Source: an uncultured Bacteroides sp.
Lineage (GTDB): Bacteria; Bacteroidota; Bacteroidia; Bacteroidales; Bacteroidaceae
Direction: 5' to 3'
Assembly (NCBI RefSeq): GCF_900547205.1
Contig: NZ_URFY01000005.1
Location: forward strand, 58,459 to 122,458
DNA length: 64,000 bases
Shown: piece by piece, positions 46,139 to 57,867 of the stretch
How positions within the stretch are numbered: the stretch's first letter is position 1
How the letters are laid out: the number at the start of each line of letters is the position of its first letter
Translations under genes and position numbers: made by a program
The notes under the pieces: model-generated
Database searches by the model: none
What the model saw: only the letters and a program-made list of their open reading frames with translations
What the model was told of the DNA's origin: nothing

Positions 46139-46182
46139 CGCATGAAATTTTAATTCGATAAATAATAAACATACTTATACAA

Positions 46183-49100
46183 ATGGGATTTAATGAATTT
46201 TTAAGCTCGGTATTCGGAAACAAATCCAACCGAGACATGAAAGAAATCAAGCCCTGGGTGGAGAAAATCAAAGCTGCCTACCCGGAGATTGAAAAACTGG
46301 ACAACGACGCACTCCGCGCCAAAACGGAAGAACTCAAAAAATATATCTACGAATCGGCTACTGCTGAACGTGAGAAAGTGGCAGAGCTGAAGGCAAGCAT
46401 CGAAAGCTTGGAACTGGAAGAACGCGAAGACGTTTTTGCACAAATAGACAAGCTGGAAAAGGAGATTCTGGAACAATACGAAAAAGCATTGGACGAAGTG
46501 CTGCCCGTAGCTTTCTCTATCGTAAAGGCAACTGCCAAACGCTTCACTGAAAACGAAGAAATCGTTGTGACTGCTACTGACTTCGACCGCCAACTGGCCG
46601 CTACGAAGGACTTTGTACGCATCGAAGGCGATAAAGCTATCTATCAGAACCACTGGCTAGCCGGTGGCAACGACACGGTGTGGAACATGGTGCACTACGA
46701 TGTACAGTTGTTCGGTGGTGTCGTTCTGCATAAAGGTAAAATTGCCGAAATGGCAACAGGTGAAGGTAAGACATTGGTAGCTACCCTCCCCGTATTCCTC
46801 AATGCACTGACCGGAAACGGTGTGCACGTGGTTACCGTGAACGACTATCTGGCAAAACGTGACTCCGAATGGATGGGACCGTTGTATATGTTCCACGGCT
46901 TGAGCGTGGACTGCATCGACCGTCATCAGCCCAACTCCGATGCACGCCGCCAAGCATATCTGGCAGATATCACTTTCGGTACGAATAATGAATTTGGTTT
47001 CGACTACCTGCGCGATAACATGGCTATCAGCCCGAAAGACCTTGTGCAGCGTCAACACAACTACGCCATCGTCGATGAGGTCGACTCGGTATTGATTGAC
47101 GACGCGCGTACTCCGTTGATTATATCCGGTCCTGTGCCGAAGGGAGACGACCAACTGTTCGAGCAACTGCGCCCATTGGTAGAAAGATTGGTGGAAGCAC
47201 AGAAAGTGCTGGCAACTAAATATCTGTCTGAAGCAAAGAAACTTATTGCATCGGACAATAAGAAAGATGTGGAAGAAGGATTCCTTTCTCTATATCGTAG
47301 CCACAAATGTTTGCCGAAGAACAAAGCATTGATTAAGTTCCTCAGCGAACAGGGCATCAAGGCTGGTATGCTGAAAACGGAAGAAGTATACATGGAGCAG
47401 AACAACAAGCGTATGCACGAAGTTACTGACCCGTTGTATTTCGTTATCGATGAAAAGCTGAACAGTGTAGACCTGACAGATAAAGGTGTAGACCTCATTA
47501 CCGGTAACTCCGAAGACCCGACATTGTTCGTTCTTCCCGACATTGCCGCTCAACTTTCTGAACTGGAAAATCAGAACCTTACCAACGAGCAGTTGCTCGA
47601 AAAGAAGGACGAACTGATGACGAACTTCGCCATCAAATCGGAACGCGTACACACCATCAACCAATTGTTGAAGGCGTATACGATGTTCGAAAAGGACGAC
47701 GAATACGTCGTAATAGACGGACAGGTGAAGATTGTAGACGAGCAGACCGGACGTATCATGGAAGGCCGCCGCTACTCCGACGGATTGCACCAAGCTATTG
47801 AAGCTAAGGAAAACGTGAAAGTGGAAGCTGCTACGCAGACATTCGCCACGATTACTTTGCAGAACTACTTCCGTATGTATCACAAGCTATCCGGTATGAC
47901 GGGTACTGCCGAAACGGAAGCAGGTGAGTTTTGGGATATCTACAAGTTGGATGTGGTCGTTATACCGACCAACCGTCCTATCTCACGTAAAGATATGAAC
48001 GACCGCGTTTATAAGACGAAACGCGAAAAGTATAAAGCCGTAATCGAAGAAATCGAACAATTGGTTCAGGCAGGACGCCCGGTATTGGTGGGTACTACTT
48101 CGGTGGAAATCTCCGAAATGCTGAGTAAGATGCTTACCATGCGCAAGATTGAACACAGCGTATTGAATGCGAAGTTGCACCAGAAAGAGGCTGAAATTGT
48201 GGCGAAAGCCGGTTTCAGTTGTGCCGTGACGATTGCCACCAACATGGCAGGTCGTGGTACCGACATCAAGCTGAGCCCGGAAGTAAAAGCTGCGGGCGGT
48301 TTGGCAATCATCGGTACGGAACGCCACGAATCCCGTCGTGTAGACCGCCAGTTGCGTGGTCGTGCAGGACGTCAGGGTGACCCGGGTTCTTCCGTATTCT
48401 TCGTTTCTCTGGAAGACGACTTGATGCGTCTGTTCTCTTCCGACCGTATCGCCAGTGTGATGGACCGTCTCGGATTCCAAGAAGGTGAAATGATTGAGCA
48501 TAAGATGATTTCAAACTCTATCGAGCGTGCTCAGAAGAAGGTGGAAGAAAACAACTTCGGTATCCGTAAGCGTTTGCTGGAATATGACGACGTGATGAAC
48601 AAACAGCGTACAGTGGTTTATACGAAACGCCGCCATGCATTGATGGGCGAACGTATCGGCATGGATATCGTAAATATGATTTGGGACCGTTGCGCCAATG
48701 CCATCGAAAACAATGACTATGAAGGTTGCCAGATGGAATTGCTCCAGACGTTGGCTATGGAAACTCCGTTCACCGAAGAAGAATTCCGTAACGAGAAGAA
48801 GGATGCACTCGCCGAAAAGACTTTCAACATCGCTATGGATAACTTCAAGAGAAAGACTGAAAGACTGGCACAGATTGCAAATCCTGTCATCCAGCAGGTA
48901 TACGAGAATCAGGGACATATGTACGAAAACATCTTGATTCCTATCACGGATGGCAAACGTATGTACAACATCTCCTGTAATCTGAAAGCGGCCTACGAGT
49001 CGGAATCCAAAGAAGTGGTGAAATCTTTCGAGAAGTCAATATTGCTGCACGTTATCGACGAATCATGGAAAGAGAACCTGCGCGAACTGGACGAACTGAA

Positions 49101-49500
49101 ACATTCTGTACAAAACGCTAGTTATGAGCAGAAAGACCCGCTGTTGATTTACAAGCTGGAATCTGTAACGCTGTTCGACTCAATGGTGAACAAGATTAAT
49201 AACCAGACGATTTCAATCCTGATGCGCGGACAAATCCCTGTACAGGAAGCTCCGGACGAACCGGCTGCACGCCGTGTAGAAGTACGACAGGCTGCTCCCG
49301 AACAACGCCAGGACATGAGCAAATATCGTGAGAATAAACAAGACCTGAGCGATCCGAACCAGCAGGCTGCTGCCAATCAGGATACACGCGAACAGCAGAA
49401 ACGCGAACCGATTCGTGCAGAAAAGACAGTGGGACGTAATGATCCTTGTCCTTGCGGAAGCGGTAAGAAGTATAAGAACTGCCACGGTAGAAATCTGTAA
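46183..49500 (+). CDS. secA: Preprotein translocase ATPase SecA
   Basis: DEAD-motor motifs ([33 protein letters not shown]). C-terminal zinc-finger [14 protein letters not shown]. 1105 aa. Confidence 0.97.
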   Translation: MGFNEFLSSVFGNKSNRDMKEIKPWVEKIKAAYPEIEKLDNDALRAKTEELKKYIYESATAEREKVAELKASIESLELEEREDVFAQIDKLEKEILEQYEKALDEVLPVAFSIVKATAKRFTENEEIVVTATDFDRQLAATKDFVRIEGDKAIYQNHWLAGGNDTVWNMVHYDVQLFGGVVLHKGKIAEMATGEGKTLVATLPVFLNALTGNGVHVVTVNDYLAKRDSEWMGPLYMFHGLSVDCIDRHQPNSDARRQAYLADITFGTNNEFGFDYLRDNMAISPKDLVQRQHNYAIVDEVDSVLIDDARTPLIISGPVPKGDDQLFEQLRPLVERLVEAQKVLATKYLSEAKKLIASDNKKDVEEGFLSLYRSHKCLPKNKALIKFLSEQGIKAGMLKTEEVYMEQNNKRMHEVTDPLYFVIDEKLNSVDLTDKGVDLITGNSEDPTLFVLPDIAAQLSELENQNLTNEQLLEKKDELMTNFAIKSERVHTINQLLKAYTMFEKDDEYVVIDGQVKIVDEQTGRIMEGRRYSDGLHQAIEAKENVKVEAATQTFATITLQNYFRMYHKLSGMTGTAETEAGEFWDIYKLDVVVIPTNRPISRKDMNDRVYKTKREKYKAVIEEIEQLVQAGRPVLVGTTSVEISEMLSKMLTMRKIEHSVLNAKLHQKEAEIVAKAGFSCAVTIATNMAGRGTDIKLSPEVKAAGGLAIIGTERHESRRVDRQLRGRAGRQGDPGSSVFFVSLEDDLMRLFSSDRIASVMDRLGFQEGEMIEHKMISNSIERAQKKVEENNFGIRKRLLEYDDVMNKQRTVVYTKRRHALMGERIGMDIVNMIWDRCANAIENNDYEGCQMELLQTLAMETPFTEEEFRNEKKDALAEKTFNIAMDNFKRKTERLAQIANPVIQQVYENQGHMYENILIPITDGKRMYNISCNLKAAYESESKEVVKSFEKSILLHVIDESWKENLRELDELKHSVQNASYEQKDPLLIYKLESVTLFDSMVNKINNQTISILMRGQIPVQEAPDEPAARRVEVRQAAPEQRQDMSKYRENKQDLSDPNQQAAANQDTREQQKREPIRAEKTVGRNDPCPCGSGKKYKNCHGRNL

Positions 49501-49564
49501 AGTAAAGTAGCCGGTCCCCGACAGGTCACTAAGGAAACCGGACTGCTAATTAAATATTAAAGAA

Positions 49565-49605
49565 CAGCCTCAAACGGTTAAAAACTGTTTGAGGCTTTCT
49601 TTTAT
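49565..49605 (+). terminator. Rho-independent terminator after secA
   Basis: A 10-bp perfect stem agcctcaaac/gtttgaggct with an 11-nt loop, followed by TTTCTTTTAT. Confidence 0.65.
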
Positions 49606-49652
49606 CCTTGCAAAATCGTACTTTTGTTCAAATTACAAAATAAATCAGAACT

Positions 49653-50759
49653 ATGGCTAAATCTTATTCATTAGCATTCGTATCTCTGTTCCTGCTGATT
49701 GTCAGCAGTTGCCAGAGTTTAGAACAGATTTCCATTGATTATCTGCAACCTGCCGACCTCAGTTTTCCTCCCCAACTCAGGAAAGTAGGTATCGTTAATA
49801 ATACCAGCGACACACCGGACAACAAACTTATCATCTTAGCGGACAAAGCAAAAGATAAAGATACGGAATCGAGTCGCGCCACCGCTTACGCCAATGGAGA
49901 TCCTAAGATTGCCACCCAAGCATTGGCAGAAGAAATAGCAGACCAAAATTATTTTGATGCAGTCGTGATATGCGACTCCGCCTTACGGGCAAATGACAGA
50001 CTGCCTCGCGAAAGCACGCTAAGCCAAGAGGAAGTAAATCAGTTGAGTGCGGACTTAGGTGTAGATTTCATCATTTCATTGGAGAATCTGCAATTTAAAG
50101 CAACCAAGACAATTCTTTATCTGCCGGAATTCAACTGTTATCAAGGAGCCATGGATATGAAAGTGTATCCGACAGTGAAAGTTTACCTGCCCGGACGTAC
50201 CAAGCCGATGAGTACTCTTCACCCCAATGACAGTATATTCTGGGAAGAATTTGGAGGAACGTATGCAGAAGCAACCACGCATATGATTCCTGAACAACAA
50301 ATGCTGCGGGAAGCTGCCGAATTTGCAGGAACGATTCCCGTGAAGTATTTAGTTCCCATATGGAAAACAGGAAGAAGGTATCTGTATACGAGCGGCTCTG
50401 TGCAAATGCGCGACGCCTTTGTTTACGTACGCGAAGATTCGTGGGATAACGCATACGAACTCTGGCTCCAGGCTTTTGAAGGAGCAAAGAGCGATAAGAA
50501 AAAGATGCAGGCTGCACTCAATATTGCGGTTTACTATGAAATGACCGACAGCTTGGCAAAAGCGGAAGAGTGGGCGGTAAAAGCGCAACAACTGGCGAAA
50601 AAGACGGAAAAAAAGAATGTCACTATCAATCCCCAAGCTTCGATTGATGATGTGCCGAATTATTACCTTATCAGTCTTTATGTAGCCGAATTGAAGCAGA
50701 GAAACTCGCAATTGCCTAAGTTAAATATGCAAATGAGCCGATTTAATGATGATTTTTAA
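49653..50759 (+). CDS. Lipoprotein, conserved hypothetical
   Basis: Lipobox LLIVSSC. 368 aa. No recognisable catalytic motif. Confidence 0.6.
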   Translation: MAKSYSLAFVSLFLLIVSSCQSLEQISIDYLQPADLSFPPQLRKVGIVNNTSDTPDNKLIILADKAKDKDTESSRATAYANGDPKIATQALAEEIADQNYFDAVVICDSALRANDRLPRESTLSQEEVNQLSADLGVDFIISLENLQFKATKTILYLPEFNCYQGAMDMKVYPTVKVYLPGRTKPMSTLHPNDSIFWEEFGGTYAEATTHMIPEQQMLREAAEFAGTIPVKYLVPIWKTGRRYLYTSGSVQMRDAFVYVREDSWDNAYELWLQAFEGAKSDKKKMQAALNIAVYYEMTDSLAKAEEWAVKAQQLAKKTEKKNVTINPQASIDDVPNYYLISLYVAELKQRNSQLPKLNMQMSRFNDDF

Positions 50760-50820
50760 GGAAATCTTGTATCAAATCTTATTTTTTTTATACCTTTGAA
50801 CTTAATAAAAGAAGGAACCT

Positions 50821-51267
50821 ATGAAATTGAGCCAACAATCATCATCTATCATCGAATCGGCTATCCGTAAGGCAGTCGGCAAATATGTATGTGGCTGTGA
50901 ACAAACAGCCGTAACCGATATTCATTTACAGCCGGACCAGACATCAGGACAACTCAACATTTTCAATGATGACGATGAAGAATTAGCCAATGTCATGGTG
51001 GAAGAGTGGACTACTTATGACAGCGATGATTTTTTGGAAAGTGTGCAGCCTTCCTTGCGAAATGTCCTCAGCAAAATGAAGGATGCCGGAGACTTTGATA
51101 AATTAACCATCCTCAAACCGTATTCTTTCGTCTTGGTGGATGAAGATAAAGAAACGGTATCTGAGTTGCTGCTGGTAGATGATGACACCATGCTGGTGGA
51201 TGACGAACTACTGAAAGGCTTGGATAAGGAGTTGGATGACTTCTTGAAAGATTTGTTGGAGCTTTAA
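50821..51267 (+). CDS. Hypothetical acidic protein (148 aa)
   Basis: Asp/Glu-rich C-terminal half. Co-oriented with the upstream lipoprotein gene. Confidence 0.45.
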   Translation: MKLSQQSSSIIESAIRKAVGKYVCGCEQTAVTDIHLQPDQTSGQLNIFNDDDEELANVMVEEWTTYDSDDFLESVQPSLRNVLSKMKDAGDFDKLTILKPYSFVLVDEDKETVSELLLVDDDTMLVDDELLKGLDKELDDFLKDLLEL

Positions 51268-51384
51268 GAAGTATATTATTTAGCTAAGGCTTAAACATTA
51301 TATCACGAAATAAGAATCGGAAGTAATAAGGATAATACCTTTTACTTCCGATTTTCTTTTTGGGGATTTGATAATTGTCTCCGG

Positions 51385-53589
51385 TTATTCAAAAACAGCC
51401 CGATAAACAGACTGGGCAGTCTCAATAACCGGCATAGTTACTGCTTCCACTATATCCATCTCACCGCTTCCCGCTTTCTCAGCCCAAGATTTTTCCATAC
51501 CATAAAAGTTTATCCCCTGCTCTGTTCCGGTCGGATTGCCATTCAACACTTCTTGTTTCTGTTCAAAGAAAGCTTTCCACCGCTGATAATACAAATCCTT
51601 CAAAAGACCACTCCACTCACGATGTGAATAATCATGCAATCCTCCCTGATTGGAAGCGATACTGTCTCCCCAAACGGTGATTAACGCAGCAGCATTCCAT
51701 CCGTAGAGTTGCTTTTCTTCGTCCGTAGTTCCCAGAGAACGGGCAGCGGACAGCCAAGATGATGTAGAAAACTCTTTTCGTGTGGATAACAAACGGTCTT
51801 GAGCTAATATCAAATCAAGGAATTGCTGTGTTTGCTTTTGATAGCTATTTTTATCTTTCTTGTCATAGCTTTGAGAGATTTCTTCAAGCAGCACATTTCC
51901 CTTATCCGCTAAACTCTGACGTACTATATCTACTAAATCATACTCAAAATCATTGTTTCCTTTATACTTATCTGCTACAGAAAGCATCAATCGAGCTGCT
52001 TTTGCCGTTGAATCAGCAGAATAAAATAACTTGGAATAACCCCATGTGGAAGTTCTGTCCAGATGGAAACCGGGACGGGCACACAGCAAAGATTCCACCG
52101 TACCTTCTCCCGGATAGTTTTTCGGAGCATTGTAAACGGTATGTTCCAAGGCTTGCCATGCTTCCATTATTTCAGGAGATAAGTTGCCGCCATAACGGGC
52201 TTTCAAGTATCCCTGCAACCATTCGTCTGTCGAAAAACGCTCGGAACGCCAAGGCAGCTCATAAAGAAGCTCGAACATCACCGGATTGTTTTCTATTCCC
52301 TCCGGAGTGGCTCCTACTCCACGCAATGTTTTTCCATTGGCGTGTGCACACGCGTCATAATATCCATTTATCAGTTGGTCCATGCGTCCATGCATACCAA
52401 CGTTACCACCAAAATTGAGCAACATACAGTAGAGCCAGTCATGCTTGCCAAAGCCCTTCTCGCGATACCACGCCGAATTGGGATCTCCCCATTGCGGCAT
52501 CTTTTCACTGTACAAATCCAGTACTATCATATCTCCAGCATTCAACGCATCAACCATAGCCGGACGCGGATTTGCCTGCCATGCCTGAATTACCCATATT
52601 GCTTCAGGATTGGCTTTCTTCATGGCATTCATGATAGATGTTCCTGCCTTTGCCAAGTCTACACCTTGCGTATTTCCTCCTTCGTGGAAAGGGTCCATAC
52701 TATAATATTTGGCTTTTCCGTACAGTTTCTCCAACTCTTCGTAATACATTGCAGCAAACGAATCGAAGTGCTCATCCTCGGTAGAAAGGAAAGCCGGGCG
52801 AGGGAAGCCACACCATTTACCGGGGTCGGCTATCTGATAACCAAGCTTTTCGCCGATATTCCGCGGAACCATTCCCGAATATCCGGGAAAGACCGGTTCA
52901 ATCCCCAGTTCACGCATACGTGCTATGATTTTCTTTTGCAGTGCTTCCCGCTGCCGATACCAACTGTCCGGATTGGGTCCGCCCCACCCTTCCAGATTAT
53001 TCATCTGCCACCAAGCCATAAAGGCGGGACCGGAAATAAATTCATTGATTTCTTCGGTAGTGTATCCGTTACGTTTCAACAGATTGTACCAGACTACTTC
53101 CATTCCGGTGATACTCAACGGCATATTGATGCCATGCATTGCCATCCAGTCTATCTCTTTCTCCCAACGTTCCCAATCCCAGAAGGCCATCGAGTAGGAA
53201 TAAGTGCAATAGTTGAGGTAGTAGCGATTCTTCATTGCCGTCTCCTTACGGATTTTCTCTTGCGGAAGCGGTAGCACTTCCGGCAGTTTTTGTGACTGAT
53301 TATTCCAAGAAAGATGGATACCGGCAACATATTTCAAATACCAGTTCAATCCCGTAGCTAACGATAAATCGGAGTTTCCGGTTATCAGTACTTTACCATT
53401 CTGAGGAGTAATCTCGAAGAAATCTTTAGCAGACTCATTTTCAGCAGGAGACAGTTTGAAGAGTATCCGTCCGGCAGCTGTTCCTTCCGTCACACGGTCT
53501 GCTAATGAATTGACCGGTAGCTGCTCGGATTGGCAGCTACACAACAAGGTAGTAAAAAGCATTAAAGCTAACAAAAAGCGTATGTTCAT
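51385..53589 (-). CDS. GH89 alpha-N-acetylglucosaminidase (NAGLU-like)
   Basis: Lipoprotein signal LLCSC. NAGLU N-terminal, TIM-barrel and C-terminal regions (WDWERWEKEIDWMAMHGINMPL, WWQMNNLEGWGGP, YDLVDIVRQ). Confidence 0.9.
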   Translation of the reverse strand: MNIRFLLALMLFTTLLCSCQSEQLPVNSLADRVTEGTAAGRILFKLSPAENESAKDFFEITPQNGKVLITGNSDLSLATGLNWYLKYVAGIHLSWNNQSQKLPEVLPLPQEKIRKETAMKNRYYLNYCTYSYSMAFWDWERWEKEIDWMAMHGINMPLSITGMEVVWYNLLKRNGYTTEEINEFISGPAFMAWWQMNNLEGWGGPNPDSWYRQREALQKKIIARMRELGIEPVFPGYSGMVPRNIGEKLGYQIADPGKWCGFPRPAFLSTEDEHFDSFAAMYYEELEKLYGKAKYYSMDPFHEGGNTQGVDLAKAGTSIMNAMKKANPEAIWVIQAWQANPRPAMVDALNAGDMIVLDLYSEKMPQWGDPNSAWYREKGFGKHDWLYCMLLNFGGNVGMHGRMDQLINGYYDACAHANGKTLRGVGATPEGIENNPVMFELLYELPWRSERFSTDEWLQGYLKARYGGNLSPEIMEAWQALEHTVYNAPKNYPGEGTVESLLCARPGFHLDRTSTWGYSKLFYSADSTAKAARLMLSVADKYKGNNDFEYDLVDIVRQSLADKGNVLLEEISQSYDKKDKNSYQKQTQQFLDLILAQDRLLSTRKEFSTSSWLSAARSLGTTDEEKQLYGWNAAALITVWGDSIASNQGGLHDYSHREWSGLLKDLYYQRWKAFFEQKQEVLNGNPTGTEQGINFYGMEKSWAEKAGSGEMDIVEAVTMPVIETAQSVYRAVFE

Positions 53590-53662
53590 GGTTCTAAGTT
53601 TTATCGATTCGCCAAAGATAATAAATAAGAGTCAAATAGCTTTTCAATCCACTATCTTTTAA

Positions 53663-55993
53663 TTAGTGAAATAAGAAGAATTGTGGACGTGCATATACAT
53701 TTATATCCTTTACTTTTCCAGACAGAAACGAACCTTTACGAACCTTCACACGGAAAGCGGAAGTTTTATAAATCTCCTTCATATCAATAATGACACGATG
53801 CGGTTGGTCAGGCTCTACTGCCGAATCAGTATGCCAGAAAGAGGAAATATCCTTGTCGAACAAATTCTCCGCCACTCCTACATTCTTATTGGTCTGCTCA
53901 CTACTTACATACACAACTTCCCATTTCGTCTTATCAATCGGTTGCCCTTTATCATCTACCAGTTCAATTTCGGAGATACAAGCTTGGTTGTCTTCCGTAT
54001 AAGAGGAAAGTGTCTCAATGCAAAAATGACGAAGCGTAGTGACAACCGGAAAATCGAATTGCTGCCAGTCGTTTGTCTCTTCCAAAGTGGCTTTCAGTGC
54101 GATATCTCCTTTGTCAAGGGTTGGAGTTCCTTTCGCTAACCGACGTTTCCCTTTCCGGTAGTTCTTGTCTACTCCCAAGCTATCCAAGATAGGTTGGTTC
54201 AATCCTTTCAATGTCCGGTTCCCCGTATCTTCCATCTCGAAAACAACGATTTCATTCTCACCTTCTTTCAGCCATGGAGCAGGTAAGTATAAGGTTTGCT
54301 GTGGACCGATATTCCAGAAACGCCCGATTGATTTTCCGTTCACCCAAACCGCTCCTTTACCCCAGCGGCTCATATCAACAAAACAATCTCCCATTTTTTC
54401 TATCATAAACGTGCCTTTATGAAAAGCCGGGATACCCTTTATTGAAGCACCAAAATTCATTGCTGATACGTCCTCCTTATATAGTGGCAATGGAGTGATA
54501 GACCATCCTTTCAATTTTTCATCTCCCAAAAGGACCTGACTTGTTATCCCTTTACGGTTGAAAAGTATATCGGGGCCGTAATTCACGCGCCCGGTATTCT
54601 CTACAAGAATCTCCAGTGTGGCAGATGCTTTCGGAATATCAATCATCACACTGTTCTGATTGTAGCGTCGGTCTAAGCTCGCCACTTGTTTGCCATCAAT
54701 CAGAATCACAGCATAATCGCGTAAATCCTGAATGACAAGTTTCTGTTTGCCTGATTTACTGACCATTGTCTGATAATGAATATATCCGAAGTCAGTTCCT
54801 ACATCTTCCATCGACAATACATCTTCCGATTGGGTAGTATGATGGAAGGCAGCAGTCAAAGGAGCACTTTCTTCCAGTTCAATTGATGCAAACGTTGTTG
54901 TCGGATTATCAGCAGGCACTTCGGGAAGCACGGTTCCCTGAGGCAGGTATTTCTGAATCACTTCTCTGAAAGCGTGGTATTTGGGATAACAATTTCCCCA
55001 TTCTCCCAGAGGAGCATCATAATCATAGCTTGTGGGTTGCGGCTGATAACCTCCGCCTGTGTTAGCTCCGTTCGTATACCAGAAATTTGTCCCTCCATGA
55101 AACATATACATACTGACGGAAACTCCGTGACTCAACATCCAGTCCAACTGTTCCGCAGGACGTTCGTAGGCCACAGATGAATGACGCCTTCCCCACTCGT
55201 CAAACCATGCCGGATAGAACTCGGCAACAAAGTACGGACCACCCGGATGGTATTTATCCACCACCTTAAAAATGTCCTCACCAAACACACCGTTCAGCGT
55301 AGGCAATGCGCCGTCAATATGACCGGCTTCCACCTGACCGCCACCGTCGCACGTGAACAACGGAACATTGAATCCGGCTTCACTAATCATATCACGAATG
55401 GAAGCAAGATATTCTTTATCAGCAGCATACGAACCATATTCGTTCTCCACTTGTACCATAATGATATTGCCTCCGTTGTTGATGGTCAGCGGAGCGAGTT
55501 GTTTTCCCAACTCTTGAATATAGCGTTTGCAGTAGGACAGAAATAGAGTATCTTTGCTACGATAGGTCATATCTTTTTCTTTCAACAACCACGAAGGGTA
55601 TCCTCCGAAATCCCATTCGGCACACACATACGGACCGGGACGGAGAATGACATACAATCCCTCCTCCTGTGCCGTGCGGACAAACTCGGCAATATCCGCC
55701 TGACCGCTAAAATCAAACTCGCCCGGCTGACGTTCGTGGAAGTTCCAGAATACATACGCCGAAACGGTATTCAATCCCATCGCACGTGCCCTTTTCAAGC
55801 GGTCGCGCCAATACTCATGTGGTATGCGGGGATAGTGCATCTCTCCGCAAATCAGTTGCACGTCTTTCCCGGCAATATTAAATTTGCCGTTTTCTATCTT
55901 AACCTGTTCTTTGGGGGAGGAACAGGCTAAAACTAAGGATAAGGCGATTGAGTTAAGAATAACAAACAAGATTCTTTTCATCTTTTTATTCAA
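53663..55993 (-). CDS. GH35 beta-galactosidase with C-terminal F5/8 type C (discoidin) domain
   Basis: GH35 signature (GGNIIMVQVENEYG with the acid/base Glu, GPYVCAEWDFGGYPSWL). Nucleophile region. C-terminal discoidin-like module (LFDKDISSFWHTD). Confidence 0.9.
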   Translation of the reverse strand: MNKKMKRILFVILNSIALSLVLACSSPKEQVKIENGKFNIAGKDVQLICGEMHYPRIPHEYWRDRLKRARAMGLNTVSAYVFWNFHERQPGEFDFSGQADIAEFVRTAQEEGLYVILRPGPYVCAEWDFGGYPSWLLKEKDMTYRSKDTLFLSYCKRYIQELGKQLAPLTINNGGNIIMVQVENEYGSYAADKEYLASIRDMISEAGFNVPLFTCDGGGQVEAGHIDGALPTLNGVFGEDIFKVVDKYHPGGPYFVAEFYPAWFDEWGRRHSSVAYERPAEQLDWMLSHGVSVSMYMFHGGTNFWYTNGANTGGGYQPQPTSYDYDAPLGEWGNCYPKYHAFREVIQKYLPQGTVLPEVPADNPTTTFASIELEESAPLTAAFHHTTQSEDVLSMEDVGTDFGYIHYQTMVSKSGKQKLVIQDLRDYAVILIDGKQVASLDRRYNQNSVMIDIPKASATLEILVENTGRVNYGPDILFNRKGITSQVLLGDEKLKGWSITPLPLYKEDVSAMNFGASIKGIPAFHKGTFMIEKMGDCFVDMSRWGKGAVWVNGKSIGRFWNIGPQQTLYLPAPWLKEGENEIVVFEMEDTGNRTLKGLNQPILDSLGVDKNYRKGKRRLAKGTPTLDKGDIALKATLEETNDWQQFDFPVVTTLRHFCIETLSSYTEDNQACISEIELVDDKGQPIDKTKWEVVYVSSEQTNKNVGVAENLFDKDISSFWHTDSAVEPDQPHRVIIDMKEIYKTSAFRVKVRKGSFLSGKVKDINVYARPQFFLFH

Positions 55994-56302
55994 CTATTAT
56001 AGGTTTATTAAAATGTAACCTCACGTAGTTTACTTCTTCCGCCACTATTGTATAATCGTCCGTATTCGGAACAAAAGCTACACATAACACCTAAGATTAA
56101 GGTCGACAATATAGTAATAATTTTCTTTATATTGATTAACATGATCGATATACCTTTAAAATTTTCACCTGATTCATTCCATTGTCCTACGACAGTTTTT
56201 TGTTGATATTAGCCAACTTCTCTAATCGAAAAGCGTCCGAAATGCCCATGCTAGAGATTAGCAAAGACACTTCGAACACGTTTTCTGTTTCAGTATGCAA
56301 TA

Positions 56303-57850
56303 TTAATAACCAGGATTCTGTATTATAACACCTTGTCCTTCAGTCATAATATTCTGCGGAACAGGAAGTAGTTCATACTTATATTTACCATCCACCTTAG
56401 TGGTAATCTTTTCCACAGACTGTCCTGCATATTTAGCTTTCTCAACAGCCTTTTCTATAAATTTACCGTGACGGAGTAGATCTTGCCTACGAACACCTTC
56501 CATATAAAATTCATGCCCGCGCTCTATAAGCATCTTGTCCAGAAACTTATCCGGTGTATCAAGTTCTTCATCGGTAAATGCAGGTAACTTTCCGTGCTTC
56601 GTACGAATTTCATTCAGAAAATCCTTAGAAGTTTGGCTGACTTTATTCTCCAAGCGAACCAGTGCTTCAGCATACAAGGTCTTTACATCTGAGAATCTAT
56701 AAATGACCAGATCGCAAGGACTCTTGTCACCAACTTGCCCGACAATTGAATATTTGCCAGGGATGGCACCTACGGACAAAGTTCCTCCATTAGTTTTATC
56801 CTCCAATTCGCTATGATGTACCCCCTTGGAATCGGTATATTCACCATAAATCCGTGTCAGACGGTAATCGTCTTTTTCATATGAATTGTAGAATGACCAA
56901 GCCATTCGATAACCTCCCCACAAAGTTACATTATCTCCAGACCCCGGAAATTCGTCTTTATACGGAAAATCACCAGGATATACATGTACCTGATAAAGGT
57001 TCTGTAAAGCACCGGTTGTACTGGTAGACGCGAATATGACTTCCGAATTTTGTCTTCCTTCCGGTGAGAAAAGTTTATAGTAATCTTCTTCTATCTGATA
57101 ACCATATTCCGGATTCTCAACTAAATCCCGACCTACCTCTACAGCGTTTGCCCAATCGCCTACACGCATATAGAATTTGAGCAATAACGTTTTTGCCAAT
57201 CCTTTAGTGAAACGACCATAATCACCATCAGCATATTTATAAGGAAGGACGTTGGCAGCATCTTTCAAATTACTCTCGATAAAAGTACGCATTTCTTCAT
57301 CTGTTGCACGTGGAAGGATTATATCTTTTACCGGGTTTTTAAGTAATTCCAAGTCGGGAAGAACAATGGGGCCGTATAAATCGTAAAACAGAAAAGCCAT
57401 GAACCCCATACCACACTTCGTTTCTGCCACATAACGTTCTTTTAAGGCATCGCTCATTTTGGCATTCGAGTTCTGTATTCTATCTTCTGTAAGTATCATA
57501 CCTCCCAATCGGTAATAGTATTTCCACTGGTTCAGATTTTCGCCTACAAGAGCATTATCTATTTCGTAAGTGTTGTACTCTAACGTAACCCAATGGTTAC
57601 CCCACGAACAGGTCATGATATCCGATACTATCTCTGAAGCGGTAACAACCCCGTTTGGCACACAGAATAAATTGGCATAATCGCCAGAAGAAAATATACT
57701 GTAAACACTTCCTGTAACCAAAGCCTTAACATCGCTTTCTGTCTTAGGATATATAGAGGGATTTATTTTATCGTAGATTTCACTCTCCAATGCACAACCG
57801 GACAACAAGAAAAGTGAACCTAGCAGTAATGCTTTCAAATTATTTTTCAT
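56303..57850 (-). CDS. SusD/RagB family nutrient-binding outer membrane lipoprotein
   Basis: Lipobox LLSGC. TPR-like SusD fold. It lies directly downstream of a SusC-like gene. Confidence 0.9.
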   Translation of the reverse strand: MKNNLKALLLGSLFLLSGCALESEIYDKINPSIYPKTESDVKALVTGSVYSIFSSGDYANLFCVPNGVVTASEIVSDIMTCSWGNHWVTLEYNTYEIDNALVGENLNQWKYYYRLGGMILTEDRIQNSNAKMSDALKERYVAETKCGMGFMAFLFYDLYGPIVLPDLELLKNPVKDIILPRATDEEMRTFIESNLKDAANVLPYKYADGDYGRFTKGLAKTLLLKFYMRVGDWANAVEVGRDLVENPEYGYQIEEDYYKLFSPEGRQNSEVIFASTSTTGALQNLYQVHVYPGDFPYKDEFPGSGDNVTLWGGYRMAWSFYNSYEKDDYRLTRIYGEYTDSKGVHHSELEDKTNGGTLSVGAIPGKYSIVGQVGDKSPCDLVIYRFSDVKTLYAEALVRLENKVSQTSKDFLNEIRTKHGKLPAFTDEELDTPDKFLDKMLIERGHEFYMEGVRRQDLLRHGKFIEKAVEKAKYAGQSVEKITTKVDGKYKYELLPVPQNIMTEGQGVIIQNPGY

Positions 57851-57867
57851 GGCTAAAAGAGTTTTAG